Part shown: in pieces, positions 40,740-51,247 of the stretch
Layout of the letters: the number at the start of each line of letters is the position of its first letter
Numbering within the stretch: the stretch's first letter is position 1
NCBI GenBank assembly: GCA_034439575.1
Contig: JAWXAQ010000030.1
Span: 32,001 to 96,000 of the forward strand
Direction of reading: 5' to 3'
Source of the DNA: Leptospira sp.
GTDB lineage: Bacteria > Spirochaetota > Leptospiria > Leptospirales > Leptospiraceae
DNA length: 64,000 bases
Position numbers and translations under genes: made by a program
Notes under the pieces: model-generated
Told to the model about the DNA's origin: nothing
The model's database searches: none
Seen by the model: only the letters and a program-made list of their open reading frames with translations

Positions 40740-41953
40740 TCAAAATGATAACTCTCATTCTATTTTCATTCCCTATTTTTGCGGCACCTCTTTCACCGAA
40801 AAATTATAAATTCATGAAAGAATTAAAATATTCTAATTCATCAAATCAAGATTCATCTGAGCCAGGCATTGTCAGTTTGATTTTGGATGAAGAAGTATAT
40901 AAAAACTCCTATTATGGAGACTTACGAATCTTGGCTGATGACAAACCCATTCCTTATATTAGAAAAGATGTTAAAATTAAAAATCGAGGCGAAGAAAAAT
41001 TTGAGATCAAACAGATTTTTAAAAAGCGTGAAAATGAAAGTACGATATTTGTATTAGAACTTCCAAAACTTCCCAAAGATCATATTTATACATATCTGGA
41101 AGTAGATCCGAACCGTTCATATGAAGAAGAATTGCAAGTTTCTACTGGATCAAAGCCAGATTCCCTGAACTATGCTACCACTACCACTTTGTATTCGTAT
41201 GGCGAGGAACAGAATAATAAAATCATTATTGGCCCAACCAAACATAGATTTGTGAGAATCGTTGCCCCAAAAGCAAGTGAGCTTAGTTTCACATACGTAA
41301 CACGAGAAAAAATCCAATCAAATGCTTTTTGGTCTACAGAAGTAACAGAATTCACTCAAGAAACATCAGATAATACTTCCACATATTCAATTCCCAATCC
41401 AACCAGATCCCCCTTCTCCATCTTAAAGCTCAAATTCAAAGAAGGAAAATTTGAACGAGATATTAAAATAGAAGAATTTAAAAATGAAAAAAATTGGGAA
41501 ACCGTATTTGAAGGAATGGTGGATGCAAATGCAGATGAAAATTCAGATGTGTATTTATCATTAAATCAAATGATTTCTTCGACTTACCGCATCACAATTA
41601 ACAATGGTGACAACCCACCTATACATTTAGAAAAAATTACTCAGACGCAAATCAAAGAAGAGTTAGTTTTTTTAGCTCCTACAGAACAATTTTCATCTAT
41701 TAAATTGTATTATGGAAATCGTTATGCAAGAGAGCCGCAATTTGATTCTTATTTTTTACCGAACGAAACTGATTCACCAAATCTTTCCATCTCGATGGAG
41801 AACCAAACACCTAACCCGGACTTTGGGTATTCCATTATTGAGCCACCTGTTTCCGGATATATTGCCAATGGCATATTTTATCTAGGTTTTGTGGCTCTTC
41901 TTGGTATATCATTTTCGTTTTATAAAAAAGTGAAAACCGAAGTAACGCCGTAG
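40736..41953 (+). CDS. DUF3999-like exported protein with a C-terminal anchor (partner of DUF2339)
   Basis: Signal peptide, DLRI, NGDNPP, LYYGN...P, C-terminal TM; ATGA overlap with the upstream gene. Confidence 0.55.
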   Translation: MIKMITLILFSFPIFAAPLSPKNYKFMKELKYSNSSNQDSSEPGIVSLILDEEVYKNSYYGDLRILADDKPIPYIRKDVKIKNRGEEKFEIKQIFKKRENESTIFVLELPKLPKDHIYTYLEVDPNRSYEEELQVSTGSKPDSLNYATTTTLYSYGEEQNNKIIIGPTKHRFVRIVAPKASELSFTYVTREKIQSNAFWSTEVTEFTQETSDNTSTYSIPNPTRSPFSILKLKFKEGKFERDIKIEEFKNEKNWETVFEGMVDANADENSDVYLSLNQMISSTYRITINNGDNPPIHLEKITQTQIKEELVFLAPTEQFSSIKLYYGNRYAREPQFDSYFLPNETDSPNLSISMENQTPNPDFGYSIIEPPVSGYIANGIFYLGFVALLGISFSFYKKVKTEVTP

Positions 41954-41981
41954 CTAATTGCGAAATATTAAATATTACTTT

Positions 41982-43082
41982 TTAGCTAATGGAATTGACC
42001 TTTTCCATTCCATTTTTGATTTCCCATGCTTCGAGTATGGGATTCATAATCTTAAACCACAATGGTGGAATGAGTGCAATGAGGATCATTACTTCATAAC
42101 CAAATGGCAATTGTGGTGCCTCCTCAATATGCCGTAAGGTTTGGTATCTCCGACTAGCATTCGCATGGTGGTCTGAATGTCTTTGCAATTGAAATAACAA
42201 CGCATTTGAAACGAGAAAATTTTGATTCCATGAATGTATCAGACTAACTTTTTCAAATTTTCCTTGAGATATTTCTTTTCGCCTTAAACCATAATGTTCA
42301 ATATAATTTGTGAGTTCTAAAAGAAACGTAGCGATAAAGGCCTGCAGGAAAAAAAATCCTAAGACCTTCCATACTATTGTTCCAGCGATAAAACTCGAAA
42401 TAACTAGCAAAAAGCTAGCAAATCCTAAAGTGATGAGTGCATACCATAACATTTCATTTCTGTAATTTAAAACAGATAGATTCATTTTAGTTAAGCGTTT
42501 AGCTTCGATATTCCAAGCGGATAGAATCGATCCAAAAAATGTTTTTGGATAATACATATAAAAGTTTTGATTTTTTTTGGAAGTGGCTGGGTCCAATTCA
42601 GTGGAAACATTTACATGATGACCTCGGTTATGTTCTATATAAAAGTGCATATAACAAACCGTCATGTATATCATCTTTGCTAAAAATTGTTCTAAACGAG
42701 TTGATTTGTGACCTAACTCATGTCCAACGGTAATGCCGATCGCTCCTGTGATAATGCCTACAGATAGAGCAAACAACAAAAGCTCTATCATTGAATGTGG
42801 ATTAAGTGCAATTTGTATACAAGCCCATATCACAAATATAATTTGGAATATAGCCCAAGCGAAAGTTAATATGCGAAAGTATTTATCATCTTGAAGTTTA
42901 TAAAATTCATGGTCTTTAGGATTGGAAACATCTTTGCCGACAAATAAATCTAATAGTGGTAAAATCACAAAAACTGTAATTGGCACTATTAAGTAAGTGT
43001 AACCACCATTTAACTCAGCATAAATGGCGATAACTGGAAGTAAAAAGCAAAGCAAAAATGATAGACGTTTTGTCAGATTCAT
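41982..43082 (-). CDS. alkB: Alkane 1-monooxygenase (AlkB family, membrane di-iron)
   Basis: His boxes HELGH, EHNRGHH, NYIEHYG, LQRHSDHHA. Confidence 0.9.
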   Translation of the reverse strand: MNLTKRLSFLLCFLLPVIAIYAELNGGYTYLIVPITVFVILPLLDLFVGKDVSNPKDHEFYKLQDDKYFRILTFAWAIFQIIFVIWACIQIALNPHSMIELLLFALSVGIITGAIGITVGHELGHKSTRLEQFLAKMIYMTVCYMHFYIEHNRGHHVNVSTELDPATSKKNQNFYMYYPKTFFGSILSAWNIEAKRLTKMNLSVLNYRNEMLWYALITLGFASFLLVISSFIAGTIVWKVLGFFFLQAFIATFLLELTNYIEHYGLRRKEISQGKFEKVSLIHSWNQNFLVSNALLFQLQRHSDHHANASRRYQTLRHIEEAPQLPFGYEVMILIALIPPLWFKIMNPILEAWEIKNGMEKVNSIS

Positions 43083-43099
43083 AAAAATAATCTCCCATA

Positions 43100-43654
43100 T
43101 TAACGTCGAAAAAAATTTGAAATTTGCCCCAAGCCCTCAAACAAATCTAGCCACTTTGTTTCTTTGTGACGCGATGTTTTTAAAAACAAAGCTCCTACAA
43201 AAAAAGAAAGAAATGCCTCACCTGTATGGGTGTTTTTTTCTTCAGGAAAAAAACGATCCAATAGTAAGCGATACGAATTCCAAGACTCTTCCAATAATAT
43301 CGAAAGATCACTTGAATCTGCATGATGACGCCTAACATCTAACGCCAACAAAATCAAATTTAAAAAATGTGATTCTTTGGTAGAGATATAATTTAGCAAT
43401 TCCCATACACTTTTTTCACCGAGTTCAGATATCTCGGTAATTTCCTTTGCATCCTTTGCTACAAAAAATCGTACCATGGAAGAAAAGAGAGCTTCCTTCG
43501 TCGGGAAATAATGGTAGAGAGTTCCCGTCGATACGCCCAATTCCTTGGATAACTCGCGCATTGAAACGGATGCGACTCCCTTTTCCACAAAGATAGCCAT
43601 ACTTTTACCAAGCAGTTCTTCTCTATACAGCTCATGGTCAACGATCTTAGGCAT
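43100..43654 (-). CDS. TetR/AcrR-family regulator
   Basis: MPKIVDH...SMRELSKELGVSTGTLYHYFPTKEAL. Confidence 0.9.
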   Translation of the reverse strand: MPKIVDHELYREELLGKSMAIFVEKGVASVSMRELSKELGVSTGTLYHYFPTKEALFSSMVRFFVAKDAKEITEISELGEKSVWELLNYISTKESHFLNLILLALDVRRHHADSSDLSILLEESWNSYRLLLDRFFPEEKNTHTGEAFLSFFVGALFLKTSRHKETKWLDLFEGLGQISNFFRR

Positions 43655-44018
43655 TTTGGTTAAAACCTTTTTTATCGAACGTTTGTTTTAAATTAAGCAG
43701 TCTCATCTATTTTGTCCATATTATTTTTATCTCACCCTCTTGCTTTATTTGCAAAACATTATCCTAGTACTTGCCCTCAAAAAGCAAGATTTCGACACAA
43801 ATCGGCTTTAGAGATTTCCCTAATTTCTCGAAGAAATTGCAAGCAATATCTCTCGCAACATAATAGGAATTTAACAGAATTAGTTACAACATGCATTCAA
43901 TTATACGAACAATTTGTACGCAAAAAAACTATTTTTAATGCAATAATTATTCCTGGATGGTAAATTAATTCTCTTTACGCAAAGATTTAATCTAAGTATT
44001 TATATTATTAAATTAGCA

Positions 44019-45035
44019 ATGGTTAATTCTGATTATAAAAAATTGATAGATCTTCACAATATCATTGATTCAGCAATGGATGCAGTCATTAGCATCAATG
44101 CCGATTTTAAAGTGATTCTATTTAACAAAGCAGCTGAAAGTATGTTTGGCTTTTCGAGCGATGAGATGATGGGCAATACCCTACACTGCATTATCCCAGA
44201 CGATACAAAATCTATTCATGATGATATCTTGCGAAGATTTATCAAAAGGTCAGAAAATAAAATAAATTTAAATACAGTCGGAAACATTCGAGGCCAAAGA
44301 AGAAATGGTGAGATTTTTCCCATGGAAGCTGCCATCTCAAAATTAAATTCCGATGATCAATTGATACTAACAGTTATTTTACGAGATATTTCTGATAGAT
44401 ACAAAGCTGAAGAAAAGATTAAAACATTACTCTATGAAAAGGAACATTTATTAAAAGAAATCCACCACCGAGTTAAAAATAATTTATTTACGATTTTCAC
44501 ATTACTTGAATTGCAAGCCAATGAATCTACGATTGATATTGTAAAAAATTCTCTTCATGACGCCTCATCTCGTGTTCGTAGCATGATGACACTTTATGAA
44601 AAAATTTACCAAAAAACAACTGATATACAAAAGATAAATTTATCTGAATATCTACCAAGTTTAATCAATGATATAGTATCTATTTTCCCTTCACCCACAC
44701 CTGTTGAAATAATTACACAGATTCAAGATATCGAAATTGATATAAAAATTGCATCCCCACTTGGAATTATATTAAATGAACTTATCACCAATACGATGAA
44801 GTATGCTTTTGTAAAAAGTGGTGATCGAAAAATTACAGTCACTGCTGAAATGATCGGACCATTGAATTGCATCATATTTAAGGATAATGGGATCGGCATT
44901 CCTGAAACCATTCAAAACGATAGGGGAACCAGTTTCGGACTTCAGATGATAGAAATTTTGGTAGCTCAAATCAATGGTAAAATTGAATTTTTGAATGATC
45001 TCGGTACAAAAATAGTGATTCATTTTCCAAAATAA
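44019..45035 (+). CDS. PAS + HisKA_2 sensor histidine kinase
   Basis: PAS (FNKAAESMFG), EIHHRVKNNL, NELITN, DNGIG, SFGL. Confidence 0.88.
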   Translation: MVNSDYKKLIDLHNIIDSAMDAVISINADFKVILFNKAAESMFGFSSDEMMGNTLHCIIPDDTKSIHDDILRRFIKRSENKINLNTVGNIRGQRRNGEIFPMEAAISKLNSDDQLILTVILRDISDRYKAEEKIKTLLYEKEHLLKEIHHRVKNNLFTIFTLLELQANESTIDIVKNSLHDASSRVRSMMTLYEKIYQKTTDIQKINLSEYLPSLINDIVSIFPSPTPVEIITQIQDIEIDIKIASPLGIILNELITNTMKYAFVKSGDRKITVTAEMIGPLNCIIFKDNGIGIPETIQNDRGTSFGLQMIEILVAQINGKIEFLNDLGTKIVIHFPK

Positions 45036-45096
45036 GTCATTACGAAAATTGCCCTAAATTAGAAAATTTGTCTAATCCATATACTAAGGAATATCT

Positions 45097-45537
45097 ATGA
45101 AACTTAAGCTAATATCCGTTATCTTCCTATTTTTCCTAATTCAATGCACAGGTACAAGACCCCTCACAATTGGCCTAAAATCACAAAAACTGACACCTTG
45201 TCCTATTACACCAAATTGCATAAATTCTTTTAGTGATCCATCGGATACCATTCATTACCGCGAACCTGTTAAATATACAAAACCTCAAAGTGAAGCGATG
45301 ATGATTTTGAAAAAACGAATTTTAGATTATCCAAGAACAAATATCATAACTGAAAATCCAGATTACATCTATGCCGAGTTCACATCCTTTCTATTTAGAT
45401 TCGTGGATGACGTAGAATTTTACTTTGATGAAAAAAATAAGACCTTACACTTTCGATCAGCCTCACGTCTCGGAAGTGGAGATCTAGGTGTCAACCGAAA
45501 GCGAGTGGACGCTTTGTTATTGGACTTAGATATTTAA
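45097..45537 (+). CDS. DUF1499-family lipoprotein
   Basis: Lipobox LIQC, CPITPNC, FVDDVEF, RSASRLGSGDLGVNRKR. Confidence 0.85.
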   Translation: MKLKLISVIFLFFLIQCTGTRPLTIGLKSQKLTPCPITPNCINSFSDPSDTIHYREPVKYTKPQSEAMMILKKRILDYPRTNIITENPDYIYAEFTSFLFRFVDDVEFYFDEKNKTLHFRSASRLGSGDLGVNRKRVDALLLDLDI

Positions 45538-45549
45538 ATTATAATCAAA

Positions 45550-48500
45550 TCACTTCTTGGCATGGATTTCTTGCAAAGAAGTGACACTATATCCCTTATC
45601 TTTCATTTCCACCAAACCATCAATAAGTGCCTTAGCGGCTTGTGCTGTTGTAAGACATGGCACTTTGTATTTAATAGCTGCTTGACGAATCGTAAATGCA
45701 TTTTCACGAGTAACGCGCGATAGTGGAGTATTGATGATTAAGTGAATTTTTTTCTCACGTATATAATCAACTACGTTTGGAAAATATCCATCGTAAATTT
45801 TATTGATTTTACTAGATAAAATGCCGTTTTCCGATAAAAATTTATGTGTTCCTTCAGTAGCTATTAATATATAACCTAAGTTAGATAGGGATCGAATTGA
45901 TTCTAATAATTCTTTTTTAGTCTTATCGTTGATCGTAACAAAAACAGTTCCTTGCTTTGGAGGTTCTTCACCCGCCATAATCTGTGCCTTAACAAAAGCC
46001 TCACCTTTTGAATGTGCGACACCCATAACTTCACCTGTAGAACGCATTTCAGGCCCAAGTATAATATCAACTCCCGGAAATTTATTAAATGGTAAAACTG
46101 CTTCTTTGACTGTAACCATTGGCGCAAAAAATTTTTTACCTAGTTTTAAACTAAGGAGCGACTCACCTAACATTATCCTAACTGCCATTTTTACAAGTGG
46201 TATACCGATAGATTTTGCTACAAAAGGAACCGTTCTAGAGGCACGAGGATTCACTTCCAAGACATACAATGTTTCGTCTTTAATGGCAAATTGGATATTG
46301 ATAAGCCCTTTTACATTTAACTCAATGGCTAACTTGTGTGTTGCGGCCTCAATTTCCTGAATCATACGATCCGATATTGATTGTGGAGGTAAAACACATG
46401 CTGAATCTCCTGAATGGACTCCTGCTTCTTCTATATGCTCCATAATTCCTGCGATAAAAACATCTTTTCCATCACACAAAGCATCCACATCCACTTCTGT
46501 CGCATCTTCTAAAAATGAATCAATAAGTATTGGGCGATCTTCAGATACTTCCTCCGCCTCTTCCATATATTTGTCTAATTCGGATTCTTCATTTACAATG
46601 AGCATAGCACGTCCACCTAACACGTATGATGGGCGAACTAAAACTGGATAACCAATTTTACTTGCTATGATTTTTGCTTTTTCTTTTGATGAGGCCATGC
46701 CATTTTCTGGAGATAACAATTTTAATTTATCCAAAACTTCGGCAAAACGTTTTCTATCTTCTGCACGATCTATTGAATCTGGACTTGTTCCAAGTATGGG
46801 AACTCCTCTCTTCTCCAAAGCACGAGCGAGCTTCAAAGGTGTCTGACCACCTAACTGAACAATAACGCCCATCGGTTTTTCTTTTAGATAAATGTTCATG
46901 ACATCTTCTAGTGAAAGTGGTTCGAAATATAACCTGTCAGAAGTATCATAATCGGTGGATACGGTTTCCGGATTGGAATTGACCATAATAGATTCAACTT
47001 TAGCATCTTGTAATGCGAAGGAAGCATGGCAACAGCAATAGTCAAATTCGATACCTTGTCCGATTCGATTTGGTCCGCCTCCGAGGATCATTACTTTTTT
47101 ATTGTTTGTTACTTCTGACTCATCTTCTTCATCGTAAGATGAATACATATAAGGTGTAAAGGCTTCGAATTCGCCAGCGCAAGTATCAATCCTCTTATAA
47201 ACGGGAACGATTTTCTTTTCTATTAAGTATTTTTCGAGTGCTTCTTCTTCTGTTTTTAGAATGTTTTCTACTTTCGATTTGGTTACATCAATCGCGGCCC
47301 CACTACGAATTTGTGCCAAAACTTCTTTTTCTTTTGCAAGGAAAGCCAATTGACGATTTGAAAATCCCGCCTTTTTCATTTTGGGTATAAAATCACGTCC
47401 GACTTTTTGGAATTCCAATTCTAACAGGTGTAATTCTTCGAATTGGTATAAAAACCAAGGATCGATTTTACAAAGATCAAAGATTTTTTCATTTGTAAAT
47501 CCGTACTTGTAACCTAACTTTACATAGAAGATTCGTTTGTCAGTTGGGCGTTTGATTTTAGCACTAAGCCATTCATCTTTTTTGTCATCCGCTATAGATT
47601 CCCATTCTAACAATTCTTTCAAATACCCATCGCTACCAAAACCAAAACGATCTATCTCGAGCGAGCGAAGTGCCTTTTGAAAACTTTCTTTGAATGTTCT
47701 ACCAATTGCCATGGCCTCGCCGACTGCTTTCATTTGAACGCCGAGTGTAGGATCGGAACCTGGAAATTTTTCAAATGCAAAACGTGGTATTTTTGTCACA
47801 ACATAATCAATTGATGGTTCAAAACTTGCTGGGGTAACGCGAGTTATATCATTTTTAATTTCATCTAAGGTATAACCAATTGAAAGTAATGCGGCAATTT
47901 TTGCGATTGGAAATCCAGTAGCCTTAGAAGCTAATGCGGATGATCTTGAAACTCGAGGATTCATTTCGATAACAATCACATCACCATCGGCAGGATTCAC
48001 TGCGAATTGTATATTTGATCCGCCAGTTTCTACACCAATCTCTCGAATGATATCAATTGACATATCTCTGAGTCTTTGGTATTCTTTATCGCTTAATGTT
48101 TGTTGTGGGGCAACTGTGATCGAATCACCAGTGTGAACGCCCATAGGATCAATATTTTCGATAGAGCAAATGATCACTACGTTGTCAGCGAGATCTCGCA
48201 TCACTTCCAATTCAAATTCTTTCCAACCGAGAACAGATTCTTCGACTAGAATTTGTGAAATTGGCGATGCAGATAAACCTTTGGCTGCAATATCTTCGAA
48301 CTCCGTTTCGTCATAACAAGTACCACCACCAGTACCTCCTAGGGTAAAAGCAGGTCGTATGATAATTGGGAAACCTATTTCTTTAGAAGCAGTTCTCGCA
48401 GCTTCCATATCAGAAACCATAAAAGATTTAGCGACTCTTAGGTTTAGTTTTTCCATAGCCTGTTTGAACAATTCGCGGTCTTCAGCTTTTCTGATAGCTT

Positions 48501-48861
48501 CGACTTTTGCGCCAATAAGCTCAACATTATATTTTTCTAATATACCTTCTTTATGTAATGCGAGAGCTAAATTCAAGGCGGTCTGGCCACCTACGGTCGG
48601 TAAGATGGCATCTGGTTTTTCTTTTTTGATAATTTTTTCTAAAACGGGAACCGTAAGTGGTTCAATGTAAGTAGCATCCGCCAAATCGGGATCTGTCATG
48701 ATGGTCGCAGGATTTGAATTGACGAGTATGACTCGAAGGCCTTTTTCTCGAAGGGCTTTTGTTGCTTGTGTGCCCGAATAATCAAACTCGCAAGCTTGGC
48801 CAATGACAATAGGACCAGATCCGATAATTAAAATTGATTTTAAATCTTCTCGTTTTGGCAT
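45550..48861 (-). CDS. carB: Carbamoyl-phosphate synthase large subunit
   Basis: [30 protein letters not shown], two ATP-grasp halves, MGS domain. Confidence 0.98.
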   Translation of the reverse strand: MPKREDLKSILIIGSGPIVIGQACEFDYSGTQATKALREKGLRVILVNSNPATIMTDPDLADATYIEPLTVPVLEKIIKKEKPDAILPTVGGQTALNLALALHKEGILEKYNVELIGAKVEAIRKAEDRELFKQAMEKLNLRVAKSFMVSDMEAARTASKEIGFPIIIRPAFTLGGTGGGTCYDETEFEDIAAKGLSASPISQILVEESVLGWKEFELEVMRDLADNVVIICSIENIDPMGVHTGDSITVAPQQTLSDKEYQRLRDMSIDIIREIGVETGGSNIQFAVNPADGDVIVIEMNPRVSRSSALASKATGFPIAKIAALLSIGYTLDEIKNDITRVTPASFEPSIDYVVTKIPRFAFEKFPGSDPTLGVQMKAVGEAMAIGRTFKESFQKALRSLEIDRFGFGSDGYLKELLEWESIADDKKDEWLSAKIKRPTDKRIFYVKLGYKYGFTNEKIFDLCKIDPWFLYQFEELHLLELEFQKVGRDFIPKMKKAGFSNRQLAFLAKEKEVLAQIRSGAAIDVTKSKVENILKTEEEALEKYLIEKKIVPVYKRIDTCAGEFEAFTPYMYSSYDEEDESEVTNNKKVMILGGGPNRIGQGIEFDYCCCHASFALQDAKVESIMVNSNPETVSTDYDTSDRLYFEPLSLEDVMNIYLKEKPMGVIVQLGGQTPLKLARALEKRGVPILGTSPDSIDRAEDRKRFAEVLDKLKLLSPENGMASSKEKAKIIASKIGYPVLVRPSYVLGGRAMLIVNEESELDKYMEEAEEVSEDRPILIDSFLEDATEVDVDALCDGKDVFIAGIMEHIEEAGVHSGDSACVLPPQSISDRMIQEIEAATHKLAIELNVKGLINIQFAIKDETLYVLEVNPRASRTVPFVAKSIGIPLVKMAVRIMLGESLLSLKLGKKFFAPMVTVKEAVLPFNKFPGVDIILGPEMRSTGEVMGVAHSKGEAFVKAQIMAGEEPPKQGTVFVTINDKTKKELLESIRSLSNLGYILIATEGTHKFLSENGILSSKINKIYDGYFPNVVDYIREKKIHLIINTPLSRVTRENAFTIRQAAIKYKVPCLTTAQAAKALIDGLVEMKDKGYSVTSLQEIHAKK

Positions 48862-48893
48862 AATTTCTTACCACTTCCTATAATTTCTCTGCA

Positions 48894-51215
48894 CTATAAG
48901 TCAGAATTCCTTAATGTCCCAGGAAGTAAATAATCTCCCGCCTCGGACGCATTTTCCCATTGCTTTACTAAGGAAAATAATTGATTTCTAAGCCCGATTC
49001 CGACAGATCCAAAGGGATAAATATTGGTTTGATTTAGTGGATCTTTGTTTCTGTCATAGAGTTCGAAAATCACACCCTTTCGGGTAGGAATATAAATTAA
49101 CTTATAATGACTGTTCTGAACTGACCTATGTTTGGCGAAAGCTATGGTTTCCTGATATGTTTTATCCGTAATCATAATTTGGAAATCTTCTTCGGCAACA
49201 ACTTGATGTAATTGTAAAATGTTCGGATAAGGAATCCTTTGTTTTTGAAAAAAATGATCACCTTTATCGGAAAACCATATCCCTGTTTCTGAATATACCA
49301 CACGATCTGGCTCAATTTCATTTCGTATTATTGATAATAATGATTTTCCAGGTCTTTCTACATCACTTGGTAAATGAAAAAATTCTAAGAGCGTAGGAAA
49401 AATATCCACAGACGATGTGATGGTTTGGATATCATTGCCAACATATTTAGAATATTCGGAAGATTTTGGAAATTTGATTAATAATGGAACTTTAGTTACA
49501 GCCTCTCCGCGCAAATGTTCGCCGTGACCTTGTCCATGAATATCTTCATACAATGCTTCACCATGATCTGCAGTGACAATAATGATTGCTTCGTCATATA
49601 AGTGTTTGGATTTTAATGATTGTATGATTTCACCAAATTCTGAATCAAAGGCATTTACAGAAGAATCAAATAAACTTCTGATTTGTTTGATTTCATAATC
49701 AGAAGGTTTTTCAGAAACTGATGGATCTACAAATTTTAAAAATTTATATTTTCCATAATAATTAGGGTCGGTGAATTTTTTATAATAAGGATATGGTGGT
49801 GAATAGGGAAAATGGACCACACTCGAAAAATACGTGATAAAATAAGGAGCATCTCCTTCCCTTCGAAGGATACGATTGAAACGATTTACAAGTCGACTTC
49901 CATCACCCCAACTTGATAATCCATCAATCTCTGCAACATAAAAGCCTCCACCAAAAAAAGATCCAGTCAATACTGGTAAAAGGAATAATTGTGATTCTGC
50001 TGTTCGTTGAACAGTCATTATTCTTGCATTAAAGTTAGGTGCCAAAACCTCATCAAAACCAAAATTAGCTCGAGGGAATATATCAGCAGCGAATCCACCA
50101 ATGGCAAAACTTTCGTATCCTATTTTCTTTAAGAATTGTGGAATCGTCGTAAAAGGAGTCCTGCCAATTCGATTTTGTTCCTCTTTGGAAGGAAACATAT
50201 CTCGAATTTTGTGACTCATGGAATATTGGCCAGTTAAAAGATCTGCCCAACTAGGGAATGTTCGCGGAATCGTTGTATGGTGGTCATGAAAAACTACACT
50301 GTCTTTAGCAAACGAATCTATATTGGGAGTGATATTTTCATTCTTTGAAACAAAACCTAATTTATCATAACGTAATGAATCTGCAGATATGATAAAGATC
50401 GGGGGTTTGTTCGGAACTCTGGATGTTAAAAAACCTGAAAAGGTATCGAATAAAAAAGGAAAAAAGATTAAAATACAAAAAAATGGTATGCTCAGAAAAT
50501 AGGTTCGAAAATGAATTTTTTCAAGTATACTTTGGAAAAGAGGCAAAGATAAAAAATATAAGAGAGAAAGATATAAAAGTCCATTTTGATGAAGGACGAA
50601 AGAGATGATGATATGTAATGTGATAAATAAATATAACTTATTCTTTTTTTCATATAACTTAAGAAATATTAGTAAAACTTGAAATAAGAATATAGCTGCA
50701 ATCAAACACTTGAAGAACAGAGGAGAAAAATGATCAGTAAAAAAATATAGCAGATTCACTGCCCAAGTATGACGAAAGTAAAAAAATTCTCCATAAACTT
50801 GAGGATACAATATAATAGAATGTAAAAAACCCAAAACATCAACAATCAGAAGATAGGCGAAGAGTAGAATTAAAAATTTTATTTTAATTTTAATAAATGA
50901 AAATTCAATAGATTCAAAACCTTTATAGTTTTTATCCTGATCAAATTTTATTTTTGCAAAGGCAAAAAAAAACAATAAACCGATATGAAGATGAAAAACA
51001 AGTGATGCTGAAAAAACTAAGAAAGTAGATTTAACATAGACTCCAAAAAATGCACCTAAGTATTGTTTGAGGTAATCAGATACATCCACTCCCATGATAT
51101 GGAATGAGGTGTTAAATAGTAGGAAAAATAGATAAAAGAATAAGGAATAAAAAAAAATCGGTAAAATAACTTTTCGAAAAAACGTGAGGGCTGGAAGAAC
51201 TTCCATTGGAGTCAT
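48894..51215 (-). CDS. Membrane-anchored sulfatase-like hydrolase/transferase (alkaline phosphatase superfamily)
   Basis: Multiple N-terminal TMs; ISADSLRYD, RTFPSW, VHFPY, TADHGE, GHG. Confidence 0.8.
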   Translation of the reverse strand: MTPMEVLPALTFFRKVILPIFFYSLFFYLFFLLFNTSFHIMGVDVSDYLKQYLGAFFGVYVKSTFLVFSASLVFHLHIGLLFFFAFAKIKFDQDKNYKGFESIEFSFIKIKIKFLILLFAYLLIVDVLGFLHSIILYPQVYGEFFYFRHTWAVNLLYFFTDHFSPLFFKCLIAAIFLFQVLLIFLKLYEKKNKLYLFITLHIIISFVLHQNGLLYLSLLYFLSLPLFQSILEKIHFRTYFLSIPFFCILIFFPFLFDTFSGFLTSRVPNKPPIFIISADSLRYDKLGFVSKNENITPNIDSFAKDSVVFHDHHTTIPRTFPSWADLLTGQYSMSHKIRDMFPSKEEQNRIGRTPFTTIPQFLKKIGYESFAIGGFAADIFPRANFGFDEVLAPNFNARIMTVQRTAESQLFLLPVLTGSFFGGGFYVAEIDGLSSWGDGSRLVNRFNRILRREGDAPYFITYFSSVVHFPYSPPYPYYKKFTDPNYYGKYKFLKFVDPSVSEKPSDYEIKQIRSLFDSSVNAFDSEFGEIIQSLKSKHLYDEAIIIVTADHGEALYEDIHGQGHGEHLRGEAVTKVPLLIKFPKSSEYSKYVGNDIQTITSSVDIFPTLLEFFHLPSDVERPGKSLLSIIRNEIEPDRVVYSETGIWFSDKGDHFFQKQRIPYPNILQLHQVVAEEDFQIMITDKTYQETIAFAKHRSVQNSHYKLIYIPTRKGVIFELYDRNKDPLNQTNIYPFGSVGIGLRNQLFSLVKQWENASEAGDYLLPGTLRNSDL

Positions 51216-51247
51216 CTTCCCAAACCCTCCTGTTTCGTAAACTTTTC

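Noticed and set aside
43670-43692. TetR operator palindrome around gaacgttt
   Set aside because: Only about 5 of 8 positions are symmetric; too weak to call in AT-rich DNA.
45550-48861. carB without an adjacent carA as a novelty
   Set aside because: Split carA/carB loci are common in bacteria.
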